The translations under genes were made by a program, and so were the position numbers. A stretch of 64,000 nucleotides of DNA from contig JAUIHP010000007.1 in the NCBI GenBank assembly GCA_030431975.1, positions 66,554 to 130,553 on the forward strand, read 5' to 3'. The notes below the pieces were generated by a model. The model did not search any database and was not told where the DNA came from. It was given only the letters and a program-made list of their open reading frames with translations. This document shows, piece by piece, positions 1 to 9,138 of the stretch (its first letter is position 1; the number at the start of each line of letters is the position of its first letter). Source of the DNA: a bacterium. Its GTDB lineage: Bacteria; Eisenbacteria; RBG-16-71-46; CAIMUX01.

Positions 1-31
1 TCTGCGGCGAAATGCAAAATCGAGTGTTCAC
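1..31 (-). CDS. 5' end of a gene running off the window (partial, product unknown)
   Basis: GTG at 31-29 preceded by GGAGG on the minus strand; frame MNTRFCISPQ stays open to the window edge. Confidence 0.3.
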   Translation of the reverse strand, partial: MNTRFCISPQ

Positions 32-291
32 GACGAGCCTCCGACCTCGCCACCTTGGCGATGGAGATTTGCGGCGGCGTCGCCTGCCTCGATGAGTTTG
101 GTTTGATACGTCATTTTCGAGACCTTTTCGTTTGCCGGGTCGGCGAAGGGAGCAACTTCGCTCTCAAGTCGATGTCGACGCGCCCTCTTGTCCCGGAGAT
201 CGCGGACATACTCGAGTAATCGTCCTCGAGTTGCCGAAGCCGGTTCCTCTCCCGGCGTGCAGCGAAGAAAAACAGCATAAGGCGGGGCCGT

Positions 292-1020
292 GTGAACGAT
301 CCTGTGTCGAGAGAAAGCCTGGAACCGCTCGGCGACCAGATCGCCGGGTTCGAGGTTGCCTTCAGCTCGCCGCATGAACTCGTGCTCGTGAAGCCCGCCG
401 GTATTGCCTCGGAACTGACCACCGATCGCCAAGGCGTCTCGCTCATTTCGCGCGTCCGCGCCGCCGGCTTTCCCCAGGCTCGACTCCCACATCGGCTCGA
501 CCGCATGACGAGCGGCCTTCTTCTCGTCTCGCTGTCGAAGGAAGCGGCGGCTCACCACAGCGCCCAGATTCAGGAAGGGAACTGGAAGAAGTTCTATGTC
601 GCTCGCATCGTGGCGCCGCGACATGAGGAACTCCTTTTGGGAGAGCAGAAGGCGTACCTCAAGCGGAGGCGCGACAAGATGTCGGTCGTGCGCGCGGGGG
701 GGAAGCCTTCTTTCATGGAGATCCTGAACGTCGCGCCGGTACCGCATGAGCCACGGCAAAGTCATGTCGCGATCCGGCTCATGACCGGGCGTTACCATCA
801 GATCCGCGTCATGATGTCGGAACTCGGTTGTCCGTTGATCGGCGACTCGTCTTACGACGGGCCGACCGGTGACCCGTTCCTGGAGCACGTCGCGCTGTCA
901 TTCTTGCCCATGGATGCGGCGGAGCCGGTGAGGATCTTTCGGCGGGATGATGAGCGTCGGGAGGCGGTGGCGGGGTCGGTGATGGATGCGGTGGGGGCGG
1001 CGTTGTTGGGAGAGGAGTGA
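292..1020 (+). CDS. RluA-family RNA pseudouridine synthase
   Basis: Motifs LVKPAG, HRLDRMTSGLLL (catalytic Asp), TGRYHQIRV and GCPLIGDSSY. Confidence 0.92.
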   Translation: MNDPVSRESLEPLGDQIAGFEVAFSSPHELVLVKPAGIASELTTDRQGVSLISRVRAAGFPQARLPHRLDRMTSGLLLVSLSKEAAAHHSAQIQEGNWKKFYVARIVAPRHEELLLGEQKAYLKRRRDKMSVVRAGGKPSFMEILNVAPVPHEPRQSHVAIRLMTGRYHQIRVMMSELGCPLIGDSSYDGPTGDPFLEHVALSFLPMDAAEPVRIFRRDDERREAVAGSVMDAVGAALLGEE

Positions 1021-1544
1021 TTAGTGTGATGGTTCACGGAGTCAAGGCGGTCGCCGCGCTCGTCGCAGGGTGCTGCTGTCTCACAGACTCAGCCGGCGCC
1101 CAGATCATCGCTCAATACCTCGCAGACCTTTCCAGCGATCAAGTCGTACCGCCTGTCGAGTCCTCCGGTGTCGCCGGCGTCGCGATGGTATGGGATCATG
1201 GTGGTCCCTGCGACGATACTTCCAGGACGCTTGAGTTCTGCCTCAACTTTGGATTCCTCATAGGAACTCCGATCGCTGTCGACCTGTTTGTTGGAGTTCC
1301 AGAAGCCAACGGTCAGTTCTATGCAACAGTTCTCAGCGACATTCCGGACGACCTCTGCGTTGAGATAACGGCAGACTGGCCGCCGTGTAGCCTCTGGCAG
1401 AGCGACAGCCTGTACTTGGTGCTCAGGACAGATCGCTTTCCCGAAGGTGAAGTCCGTGGGCAGCTCATCTATGAGGAACCGCGGCCAACCATTCGACAAT
1501 CATGGGGAACAACCAAAGCGATCTGGCGGCCCCTGGATAAGTGA
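1017..1544 (+). CDS. Secreted CHRD-domain protein with C-terminal SWGxxK motif
   Basis: Signal peptide; LSSDQVVPPVESSGVA...LYLVLRTDRFPEGEVRGQL matches the CHRD pattern; tail TIRQSWGTTKAIWR. Confidence 0.75.
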   Translation: MISVMVHGVKAVAALVAGCCCLTDSAGAQIIAQYLADLSSDQVVPPVESSGVAGVAMVWDHGGPCDDTSRTLEFCLNFGFLIGTPIAVDLFVGVPEANGQFYATVLSDIPDDLCVEITADWPPCSLWQSDSLYLVLRTDRFPEGEVRGQLIYEEPRPTIRQSWGTTKAIWRPLDK

Positions 1545-1631
1545 GGGGTACATCGTGGCCAAAGGACGGTAGCTGGCGAGCCCGCGCGAACTACCGCGCC
1601 CGAACCGCGCCACCGAAAGGAAGTACGACAA

Positions 1632-2087
1632 CTGAGACTGAAGAGAAGAACATCTTGTTCCGTCTCCAGGCTCTTTCTCCGCGTCGTTTTCCTCGGCGTG
1701 GCCACCTTGTCCCTTCCCTCATGCACCGTCATCGGGAATCAGATCGGAAGATCGATGGAGGATCCGGCCGCAGGGATTGTCCGAGAGCAGTCGATTCGCA
1801 ATCTGGATTCCGGCTGGAACGTCAAGGTCTTCACCGACAATCGTACCTACACTGGCGAGGTTCAGCGCGTCGTGCCGCGAGGGAACGGCGACCTCCTGGT
1901 ACTCCGATCGGACGATAACGGCGAGATCTATCATCTACCGGAGGCGAGCATCCATTTCGTCGAGCGGCCGCGAAAGTCGGCAACTACGTCCCTCCTGACC
2001 GCGCTTGGGCTTGGGATCGATTCGTTTCTGCTCTACCAGGTCGCGGTGATTGTCAGAGACCACTCGGCAACCTTCGAACCCGATTGA
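1632..2087 (+). CDS. Hypothetical lipoprotein (probable CTG start at 1632 or 1638; ORF track starts at GTG 1698)
   Basis: In-frame upstream extension gives a complete signal peptide KRRTSCSVSRLFLRVVFLGVATLSLPS-C; AAGGAAG at 1617-1623; C-terminal hydrophobic helix. Confidence 0.55.
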   Translation: MRLKRRTSCSVSRLFLRVVFLGVATLSLPSCTVIGNQIGRSMEDPAAGIVREQSIRNLDSGWNVKVFTDNRTYTGEVQRVVPRGNGDLLVLRSDDNGEIYHLPEASIHFVERPRKSATTSLLTALGLGIDSFLLYQVAVIVRDHSATFEPD

Positions 2088-2189
2088 CCGGGACGGATCA
2101 GGCAGACCGAACAGGCTGGACTAGACCATGCCAGAGTCCTGGCTAGCTCGCGCTCGAATCACGGTCCGACTTCCTCTACCCTCCACAAG

Positions 2190-3266
2190 ATGACGCTACC
2201 CAGAATCGTTCCGGACGAACTCCGCGTCCGCGGCCGCACCCGCGAAGTCCCGGAAGACTTCGAAGTCACCGAGATTCCAGCCTACGAGCCCGTCGGACAT
2301 GGCGAGCATCTTTTTCTTTGGGTCGAAAAGCGGGGGCGAAACACGGAGGACGTCATCCGTGCCCTGACTCGGCTTCTTCGAGTTCCGCCGACGGAGGTCG
2401 GGACGGCGGGGATGAAGGACCGTCACGCGGTGACGCGGCAGTTCGTTTCCGTGCCGTTTGCCAGCCTACCTGAAGAGAGTCAGACGGCGGTGCGCGCGGG
2501 TGGGCTTCCGGAGCTCGATCTTGGCAACGACATTCGCGTGCTAAAGGCGGGCCTTCACGAGAACAAGCTCCGCACCGGACATCTCTACGGGAATCGGTTT
2601 CGCATTCGTGTACGTGGCGTCTCCGACGGAGCGGAACAACATGCTTGCGAATCTGCTGAGATCCTTCGAACCAAGGGGTTGCTCAACGCCTATGGGAGCC
2701 AGCGCTTTGGCCGTGACGGCGAAACGCTTCGTCTTGGTGAAGAGCTGATTCGGAAAGGACGTTCGTCGCGAAAGCTCTCCCGCAGTCTCAAGCGTCTGGC
2801 CCTTTCTGCGGTGCAGTCGCATCTCTTCAACCAGGTCCTAAACCATCGACACGCAGAGTCGACGCTCTTCACGGTCTTGGCGGGCGATGTGATGCAGAAG
2901 GCTCCGGCGGGCGGAAAGTTCGTCGCGGAGGACGTTGACGCGGAGCAGAAGCGTCTGGATGCGGGGGAGACCTTGATCACGGGGCCGATGTTTGGCCGCA
3001 AGATGCAGGATCCGAAGGGGCGACCGCTCGAGATCGAGGAATCGGTACTGGCCGGGAACGACTTCACGCGCGATTCGTTCTCCGGGCACGGCAAGCTGTT
3101 GCTGGGTGCCCGGAGGCCGCTGGTTGTCCCTCTGCCGACCCTGACCGTGACGACGGACACGGATGGGTTGATCCTCGAGTTCGAACTCCCGGCTGGATCC
3201 TATGCGACGCGCGTCCTCGACGAGATGGTGGACGAAGCGGTCCCTGGAGTGGGCAGCCGTCACTGA
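2190..3266 (+). CDS. truD: tRNA pseudouridine(13) synthase TruD
   Basis: Motifs PEDFEVTE, AGMKDRHAVTRQ, NAYGSQRFG and FELPAGSYAT. Confidence 0.95.
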   Translation: MTLPRIVPDELRVRGRTREVPEDFEVTEIPAYEPVGHGEHLFLWVEKRGRNTEDVIRALTRLLRVPPTEVGTAGMKDRHAVTRQFVSVPFASLPEESQTAVRAGGLPELDLGNDIRVLKAGLHENKLRTGHLYGNRFRIRVRGVSDGAEQHACESAEILRTKGLLNAYGSQRFGRDGETLRLGEELIRKGRSSRKLSRSLKRLALSAVQSHLFNQVLNHRHAESTLFTVLAGDVMQKAPAGGKFVAEDVDAEQKRLDAGETLITGPMFGRKMQDPKGRPLEIEESVLAGNDFTRDSFSGHGKLLLGARRPLVVPLPTLTVTTDTDGLILEFELPAGSYATRVLDEMVDEAVPGVGSRH

Positions 3267-4492
3267 AATGTGAGAGTCGCGGCCGCCATCCGGATGCCGG
3301 GTGTCCACTGATAGCGTTCCCACTCCGGCCGGTCGTCTCGCAGAACGAGATACAAGCGAACGGAGCTTGCCGTCTCCGGCGGCGGATCGAGTCGCACGAC
3401 GTCGTCCAACTCCTCCATGTCTACCTTCTCGCCGTCGTCGGAAACCAGAAACGCATACTCGCTGTCGACCGAACCCTCGGCCTGCCAAAGCCACCGGTAG
3501 TCGATCCTTTCTTCGAACCCGCTTGTTCCGGTGAATGGAGATGCGTAGAACTCTGTGCTCCCACTGGCCCGTAGGTAGTAGGTCCACCCGGACTGGACGT
3601 CGACGACCGTTTCCATCGGGGCCTCTCCGGAGTTCTCCGGCGAGTAGGCGATGGGAATGGTCACGATGTCATCCGCGAATTCGTCGAGGTCCTTCCACTC
3701 CGCGTTCTCGCGGGGGATCGCGGCGATCTCCCACTGTGTGACGGTCGGGTTGGTGTTGACGTTCTCACTGCCGAGATTCGAGCTGTAGCGGACGGTCAGT
3801 CCTTTGGTCACGTCGACCGTGGCGTGCGAGTTTTCGAGCCGCACTCGCAGCCGGACCTGACAGGCAAAGAGGTCTGCGATCCCTCGGATGTAGGCCTGCT
3901 CTTCCGGGTCCATCGCCTCAATGTCTTCTCTCTGTAAACTCGAGAGGAGTTGCGCGACCTCGTCACGGCCCGCCGGCGGTTCCCCCTGCTCGGGGAAGAG
4001 TTCCGCGATCAGCTCGGCGATCTCTTCGTCCTCTTCCATGCCTTCGAGGCTTGGGGACCAGTAGAGAGCGGAGTCGGGCACGACGAAGGAAACGACTTGC
4101 CGGACGTACCCTCGTGAGTCGGCTACGGGTGGTAGAACATCGGCTTCGGCGTCGAGATCGAGAAACCGGCGCTCTACCGGATCGACTCCGTAGAGACCGG
4201 CGTCGTACTCCTGAGCAAGTCGCCAACGAACGTCCGTGCCTGACGGGTTGTTGTCGAACCAGGTCAACGTTGCGGTCACCGTTTCACCGGGAGCGGCCTC
4301 CGGAGGATCGACTTCCAGCGTCAAAGGACGCGGTTTGTCGTCCGGTCCCAAGTGCATTTCCTGTCCGACAAAGTCGTCGGAACAGCCGGAGAGCAGGACC
4401 AACGATGTGAGCAACAGCGCTGCCCACTTGGGGCGATGGGCGTTGCCTACTTCTGCATTGAGAGACGGACGGACAGAGAGTCGAGTCAGCAT
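3260..4492 (-). CDS. Lipoprotein of unknown function, last gene of the TonB operon
   Basis: Lipobox LLSG-C; Ig-like PPEAAPGETVT segment; YLVLRDDR near the C-terminus; 13 bp downstream of the receptor gene. Confidence 0.8.
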   Translation of the reverse strand: MLTRLSVRPSLNAEVGNAHRPKWAALLLTSLVLLSGCSDDFVGQEMHLGPDDKPRPLTLEVDPPEAAPGETVTATLTWFDNNPSGTDVRWRLAQEYDAGLYGVDPVERRFLDLDAEADVLPPVADSRGYVRQVVSFVVPDSALYWSPSLEGMEEDEEIAELIAELFPEQGEPPAGRDEVAQLLSSLQREDIEAMDPEEQAYIRGIADLFACQVRLRVRLENSHATVDVTKGLTVRYSSNLGSENVNTNPTVTQWEIAAIPRENAEWKDLDEFADDIVTIPIAYSPENSGEAPMETVVDVQSGWTYYLRASGSTEFYASPFTGTSGFEERIDYRWLWQAEGSVDSEYAFLVSDDGEKVDMEELDDVVRLDPPPETASSVRLYLVLRDDRPEWERYQWTPGIRMAAATLTFQ

Positions 4493-4505
4493 CGTTCATG
4501 TCTCC

Positions 4506-7199
4506 TTAGAACTCGACGCGAACGCCGAGGGACGGGGTCGGAATCCAGCCGTAGGACTCGCGTTCCGTGTAGTCATAGTTGTAGGTGTAGCCTTCGGGTG
4601 CGTTGTAGATCGGGTAGTTCACGGTCTGCAGATCGGCGTAGACCGACCAGATGGAGTTCCGGCGAATGAACTTCCGGTCGATGCGGAAGTCGACACGGAA
4701 GAACGGATCGAATCGCTGCGAGAGATAGGTTCCGCCGACCGCGACATACTCACCCGTGTCGGCGTCGTATTGCAGCTGCCCGTCGGTGTAGTTGAGGTAC
4801 GGGGTTTGCGGATTTCCGGTCACGTACTGCACGCGGAGTCCGGTCGATATGTTGTTGCCCCAGTTGTAGGAACCGACTGCCTCGAAGTGATGGGTCTGGT
4901 CAAAGGTGTGCGGTACCCACTGCCCGGAGTCCCAGGTGGCATCGGGATCCGTTCCAATGTCGTCGAAGCCGCCGAGAGACTCTTCGGGACGTCGTTGGAA
5001 TCGACGCTCGGCCTTGCTGAGGCTGTAGGACAGCCAACCGAAGAACCGGTCGCCGGCTTCTCGGCGAAGCATGAACTCGATCCCGTACATGCGGCCGTCG
5101 GCGTCGGCGGCAAAGTTGAGATCGAGACTGTCGGTGACGACGGGAATCTTCGACTGCTGGTTGAAGTAGCCCTCTATTTTGAGCGACGTGCGATCGTTGA
5201 TTCGCCACTCATCGCCCAACGTGGTGTGGAGCGCTTCTGTCGGAGGCAGGTCGGGATTGCCGAAGACGGGATCGGTGGCCTGTCCAGCGGGCTGTGGGTC
5301 CTGGTTGTAAGTTCCGACCGAACCCGTCAGCGTGTGGCTGTCGTTGAGACGGAACCGTGAGGACAGGCGGTAGCTCATGGCTCCGTCGGCCAGGTGATCG
5401 TAGTAGTCGTAACGGACGCCCGGGCTCAGCAGCCAACGTTCCATCGGTCGGTAGTCGAGAAACGCGTAGTAGCCCAGGTCGGAGAAGTCCTTCTTCTGGT
5501 CAGTCGTCGGTTGTCCGGCGACTTGAACTTTGTAGTCGAACGGACTCAAGGCGAGGTCGACTCCGACGTGGGTCGTCAGCATCGGGTTCCACTCGACCGA
5601 CGTTTGGTTGCGAAGCTGGTAGTAAGGCCCTTTGTTGTCGAAGTCGAACTCTCCGAAGATATGACCCTGTTCCCGGTTGTGACCCGCGGCCAGGCGCAGG
5701 CTGTTCGAAAGCTTGGATCCCCAGCGGTCGTCCCAACCGACGATGAAGCGACTGAAGACGAGATCGGTTTCGATCGAGTTGGTGGCGGCGTTGACCTCGG
5801 CGGATCCTTCCTTTTCTTCCGGAAAGACGATCTCCGTCCGGTCACCGGTGACGAAGGCCGTGGCGAAGAAGCGTCCTCCGCGATCCAGGCGCCGGTCAAC
5901 ACGCAGGATGCCGTCCCAGTAGTAGGGAGCGACGGCGAGGTTGAGAACGTCGTTGCTTTCGAAGACGGCGCTGGCGAGTTCTCCAACGAAGCTGCGCCGA
6001 GCCGTGAACATCAAAGACCAGTCCTTATTGAGCGGCCCTTCCGCGTGAATGGAGGAGTCGAGCAGGCTGACGTCGACGACCCGCTTCCAACGGTCGAGCC
6101 GGGCCGGCTTTCCTTTCAGTTCGACGATGCCGCCGATGGCGCCGCCGTAGCGCGTCCCGAAGCCGCCTGGATACAGATCGACGCTCTCCAAAGACAAAGA
6201 GTTGTAGGTGGACTTCAGACCCCCGAAGTGGAAGAGCAGCGGGATGTCGATCCCATCGAGATAGAAGCGAGTGTCGTCGTTCCCGCTTCCGCGAACGATG
6301 ACTGCGCCGGAGTTGGCCAGGGACGGGCGAGCGACACCGGGTAGCGCTTGCACGCTCTTGATGACATCACCACCGAAGCCGGCCAATCGCTCGATCTCTT
6401 GCACGGAGAGGCTTTGACGGGTGACTTCCGTCTCTTCTTCTTCGCCGTAGACGACGATCTCGTAGGCGTCGTAGTTCGTTCGAGTCAGCCAGAGCGTGGT
6501 TTCCAGCTTCTCCTCGCGGGCCAGGTCTTCGGCCACTTCGACCGGGAGATAACCGCTGTTCGGCGCGGTCACGCGAATCCGACCCGGCGGCAAAGACTGG
6601 AAAGAGAAACGGCCTTCTTCGTCGGTGAAGGTGACGAGGCGTCCTTCTTCCAGAAACTGTCCGGTGAAGTCTCCGATGCGAGCGAGGTAGGTATCCAGGG
6701 GAACGGGAAGTTCCAGGGGGTTGACGGGTTCGACCACGACCATGGCGTCGCGAATCGGATCCCGCGTGCCTCGCTCCTTGAGTACGCCTTCCAGATTGAT
6801 CACGGCTTCCACATCGCGGACCGCGTCCTCCAGCGAGAACTCGTAAGCGAACTGCACGAAGACGGGAACCGGCGCGCCTTCTGCTGTGGCCGGTTCGAAA
6901 GTGAAGTGTCGAGCGGCCTCGGCGGCGGCTTCGTTGAGTGCCGGGCTGGGCCCTTCCACGATGGATACGGAGTCCACCCGGCCCTGCTCGGTGATCAGGA
7001 GTTCGAGGAGGACGACGCCCTGGCGACCGGCCTGCATCTCTTCCGGCGGATAGACGGCATCGACGAAGTTGATGAGGACCGGATCGCTGTCGGGTGCGAG
7101 GACTTGGGTGTCCGAAGTCCCGGCATGTACCGACGGGCAGAGAAACAGCTGCAACAAGAACGATGCGATGGTCGTGGTCGCGACGATGAACGTTTTCAT
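4506..7199 (-). CDS. TonB-dependent receptor with fused N-terminal TonB C-terminal domain (myxobacterial type)
   Basis: N-terminal YPPEEMQAGRQGVVLLELLITEQGRV...FTFEPA (TonB_C); carboxypeptidase-regulatory-like domain; plug motif DVIKSVQALPGV...VRGS; GGFGTRYG; C-terminal Phe (GVRVEF). Confidence 0.9.
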   Translation of the reverse strand: MKTFIVATTTIASFLLQLFLCPSVHAGTSDTQVLAPDSDPVLINFVDAVYPPEEMQAGRQGVVLLELLITEQGRVDSVSIVEGPSPALNEAAAEAARHFTFEPATAEGAPVPVFVQFAYEFSLEDAVRDVEAVINLEGVLKERGTRDPIRDAMVVVEPVNPLELPVPLDTYLARIGDFTGQFLEEGRLVTFTDEEGRFSFQSLPPGRIRVTAPNSGYLPVEVAEDLAREEKLETTLWLTRTNYDAYEIVVYGEEEETEVTRQSLSVQEIERLAGFGGDVIKSVQALPGVARPSLANSGAVIVRGSGNDDTRFYLDGIDIPLLFHFGGLKSTYNSLSLESVDLYPGGFGTRYGGAIGGIVELKGKPARLDRWKRVVDVSLLDSSIHAEGPLNKDWSLMFTARRSFVGELASAVFESNDVLNLAVAPYYWDGILRVDRRLDRGGRFFATAFVTGDRTEIVFPEEKEGSAEVNAATNSIETDLVFSRFIVGWDDRWGSKLSNSLRLAAGHNREQGHIFGEFDFDNKGPYYQLRNQTSVEWNPMLTTHVGVDLALSPFDYKVQVAGQPTTDQKKDFSDLGYYAFLDYRPMERWLLSPGVRYDYYDHLADGAMSYRLSSRFRLNDSHTLTGSVGTYNQDPQPAGQATDPVFGNPDLPPTEALHTTLGDEWRINDRTSLKIEGYFNQQSKIPVVTDSLDLNFAADADGRMYGIEFMLRREAGDRFFGWLSYSLSKAERRFQRRPEESLGGFDDIGTDPDATWDSGQWVPHTFDQTHHFEAVGSYNWGNNISTGLRVQYVTGNPQTPYLNYTDGQLQYDADTGEYVAVGGTYLSQRFDPFFRVDFRIDRKFIRRNSIWSVYADLQTVNYPIYNAPEGYTYNYDYTERESYGWIPTPSLGVRVEF

Positions 7200-7202
7200 T
7201 GA

Positions 7203-8045
7203 TTACTCCTCGAACTCGAATCGAATCTTGTGCGTGATCCAGACGGCGACGGGTTCGCCGTCCCGAATCGCTGGGCGAAAGGTGAAACTGAGAAAGGCTC
7301 GTCGGGCGACTTCGGGCGAGTCGTGGCCGAAGTCCGAAAGGATCTCGACGTCTTTGACACGTCCATCGACATCGATGAGAAGGCGCGCGGTGACGGTGCC
7401 TTCGGCCCGGTGCTCTTTCATGAGTTCCGAGTACTCCGGCTTGGTGCGTCGTACGGGAACGGGGGCCTGGTCGACGGATGAAGTGGCGACGAGGGTTCCG
7501 GTGAGGTCACTCTCGGTCGCGACCAGGTCGTCCATGCGACCGTCGATCGTGTTGCCGAGTTTGCTGACCAGACCCGGTCCATCCCCACCGGCACCCAGTC
7601 CCTGAGCCATGATCTTGCGAACACCGTAAACGCGGCGTGGCGGCGCTTCCGGCTTCGGGGGCTCGGCTTCGGTCGTGGGTGAAGTTTCTTCCTTTGGCTT
7701 CGCAGGCTCCGGCGGCTTGGGCTTCTTCACCGGCTCGGGAACGACGGGGTTTTTCCGAACCGGGGCAGCCGGCTCGACGACCGGTGGCGCCGGCTTCTCT
7801 TCCGGAAGAGGTAGGGGTTGAAAGCGGACGGCAACGTCGTCGATTCCGCTCACCGTGGAATCGATATCGACCGGAGGCGCAGTCGCGATCAGGGCCCAAC
7901 TGAGCGCCACGGCTGCGATCGTCGAAAGGTTCAGGGCCCAGTTGAATCCGCTGTTTCCGCGAGGAGTTGTCCTTCGTGCGTGTTCGTTCGTCATCGTGCT
8001 CAGGGGGCCGAGAGTGGCGACGTTGTTTGCGGATGTGGACGTCAT
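7203..8045 (-). CDS. tonB: Energy transducer TonB
   Basis: One TM helix, Pro/Lys/Glu-rich linker, C-terminal PEYS...EGTVTARLLIDVDGRV...FRPA; ATG 8045 overlaps the exbD stop (ATGA). Confidence 0.9.
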   Translation of the reverse strand: MTSTSANNVATLGPLSTMTNEHARRTTPRGNSGFNWALNLSTIAAVALSWALIATAPPVDIDSTVSGIDDVAVRFQPLPLPEEKPAPPVVEPAAPVRKNPVVPEPVKKPKPPEPAKPKEETSPTTEAEPPKPEAPPRRVYGVRKIMAQGLGAGGDGPGLVSKLGNTIDGRMDDLVATESDLTGTLVATSSVDQAPVPVRRTKPEYSELMKEHRAEGTVTARLLIDVDGRVKDVEILSDFGHDSPEVARRAFLSFTFRPAIRDGEPVAVWITHKIRFEFEE

Positions 8046-8539
8046 GACCCCTCCGTTTGGGTGACCAGGGAAAGGTCCGTGAATCCTGCCGCGCTGCAGG
8101 CGCGGAGGACCTGCCCCAGGACTTGGAAGTCGTGATTCCGGTCGCACTGAATGAGCAACGCATCGCCGCCAGGTGAATTGTTTTCTTGAAGCGAAGCATC
8201 ACCCGCGAGCTGGCCTGTCATCTCCTGTCGCTTCGATGTCAGGGCTGCCGTGAGTACTTCGCCCTCGTCGCTTCTGTCAGACAGCACTGCGACAGGGCTG
8301 CCGTTGAAGAGGACCTCGTCCGGAGTGATCTGCAACGTCGGCAGGGATCGGCCTCGGTCGGCCTTGTCCGAAGTCGGAAGATGGATCTCGTCGTTGACCT
8401 GAGTAAAATTCCCGTCGACGGAGAAACTCTTCAGAAGGAAGACCAGAAGAATCGTGATGAGGTCGACGAGCGCGGTCAGCTCTGGCCGGGCGATCTTCTC
8501 TGTGATTCGCGCGGAACGTGCAATGCGTGTCGGTGTCAT
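8042..8539 (-). CDS. exbD: ExbD/TolR family protein (Asp-containing, AglS-like)
   Basis: TM ELTALVDLITILLVFLLKSFS; C-terminal LLIQCDR...LRACSAAGF; ATGA overlap with the upstream gene. Confidence 0.88.
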   Translation of the reverse strand: MTPTRIARSARITEKIARPELTALVDLITILLVFLLKSFSVDGNFTQVNDEIHLPTSDKADRGRSLPTLQITPDEVLFNGSPVAVLSDRSDEGEVLTAALTSKRQEMTGQLAGDASLQENNSPGGDALLIQCDRNHDFQVLGQVLRACSAAGFTDLSLVTQTEGS

Positions 8540-9138
8540 TTGGAATCTCCCGTGCTTTCGGCCAAACCGAGGTTCGTCCAACCGGCGGAGCGGCAGAGGT
8601 CGAGACAACGGACGACGTCCTGGACAGGAACTCGAGCGCCGGTGGCGATGACGACTCTTGGCTCGGGGGGAGTCGTTGCGCCCGAACCCGGCTCCTCTGC
8701 GTCCGGGTCGGAGAGCGTTTCCGAAGCGGCGGTCGAACCCGGTCGCGCGCCCGAACTCGCATCCGCACCATTACTTGTTCCTGACGTTTGCCCGCGTTCG
8801 GCTCGGACTTGAGCTCGGGCCGCCAGCAGTACGTCGTTCAACTGCCGAAAGCGATCTTCCAGAGTTTCATCCGGTCCGGCTTCCATCAGAGTGACGTCGC
8901 CTACGCTGGCCATGATCCGGTTCGTGTCGAGATTCACGATCAAGGGCAGGTCCTCGAGCTTCTGTGCGATATCGCTGCCGTCATTTCCCGGAAGAAAGAA
9001 GCGGTGTGTTCCGAGCTGCGTGAAGACCGCCATGCTGATGAGAAACGGAATCAGAATGACGAACATGTTCATGACCGGCGTGACGTCGATCGTGCTCTCG
9101 GTCACATCCGAGACTCTGCGCAAGACGCGCGAATTCAC
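8536..9138 (-). CDS. exbD: ExbD/TolR family protein (Asn in place of the TM Asp)
   Basis: TM IDVTPVMNMFVILIPFLISMAVF; C-terminal VPVQDVVRCLDLCRSAGW; Ser/Gly/Thr-rich insert. Confidence 0.85.
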   Translation of the reverse strand: MNSRVLRRVSDVTESTIDVTPVMNMFVILIPFLISMAVFTQLGTHRFFLPGNDGSDIAQKLEDLPLIVNLDTNRIMASVGDVTLMEAGPDETLEDRFRQLNDVLLAARAQVRAERGQTSGTSNGADASSGARPGSTAASETLSDPDAEEPGSGATTPPEPRVVIATGARVPVQDVVRCLDLCRSAGWTNLGLAESTGDSK

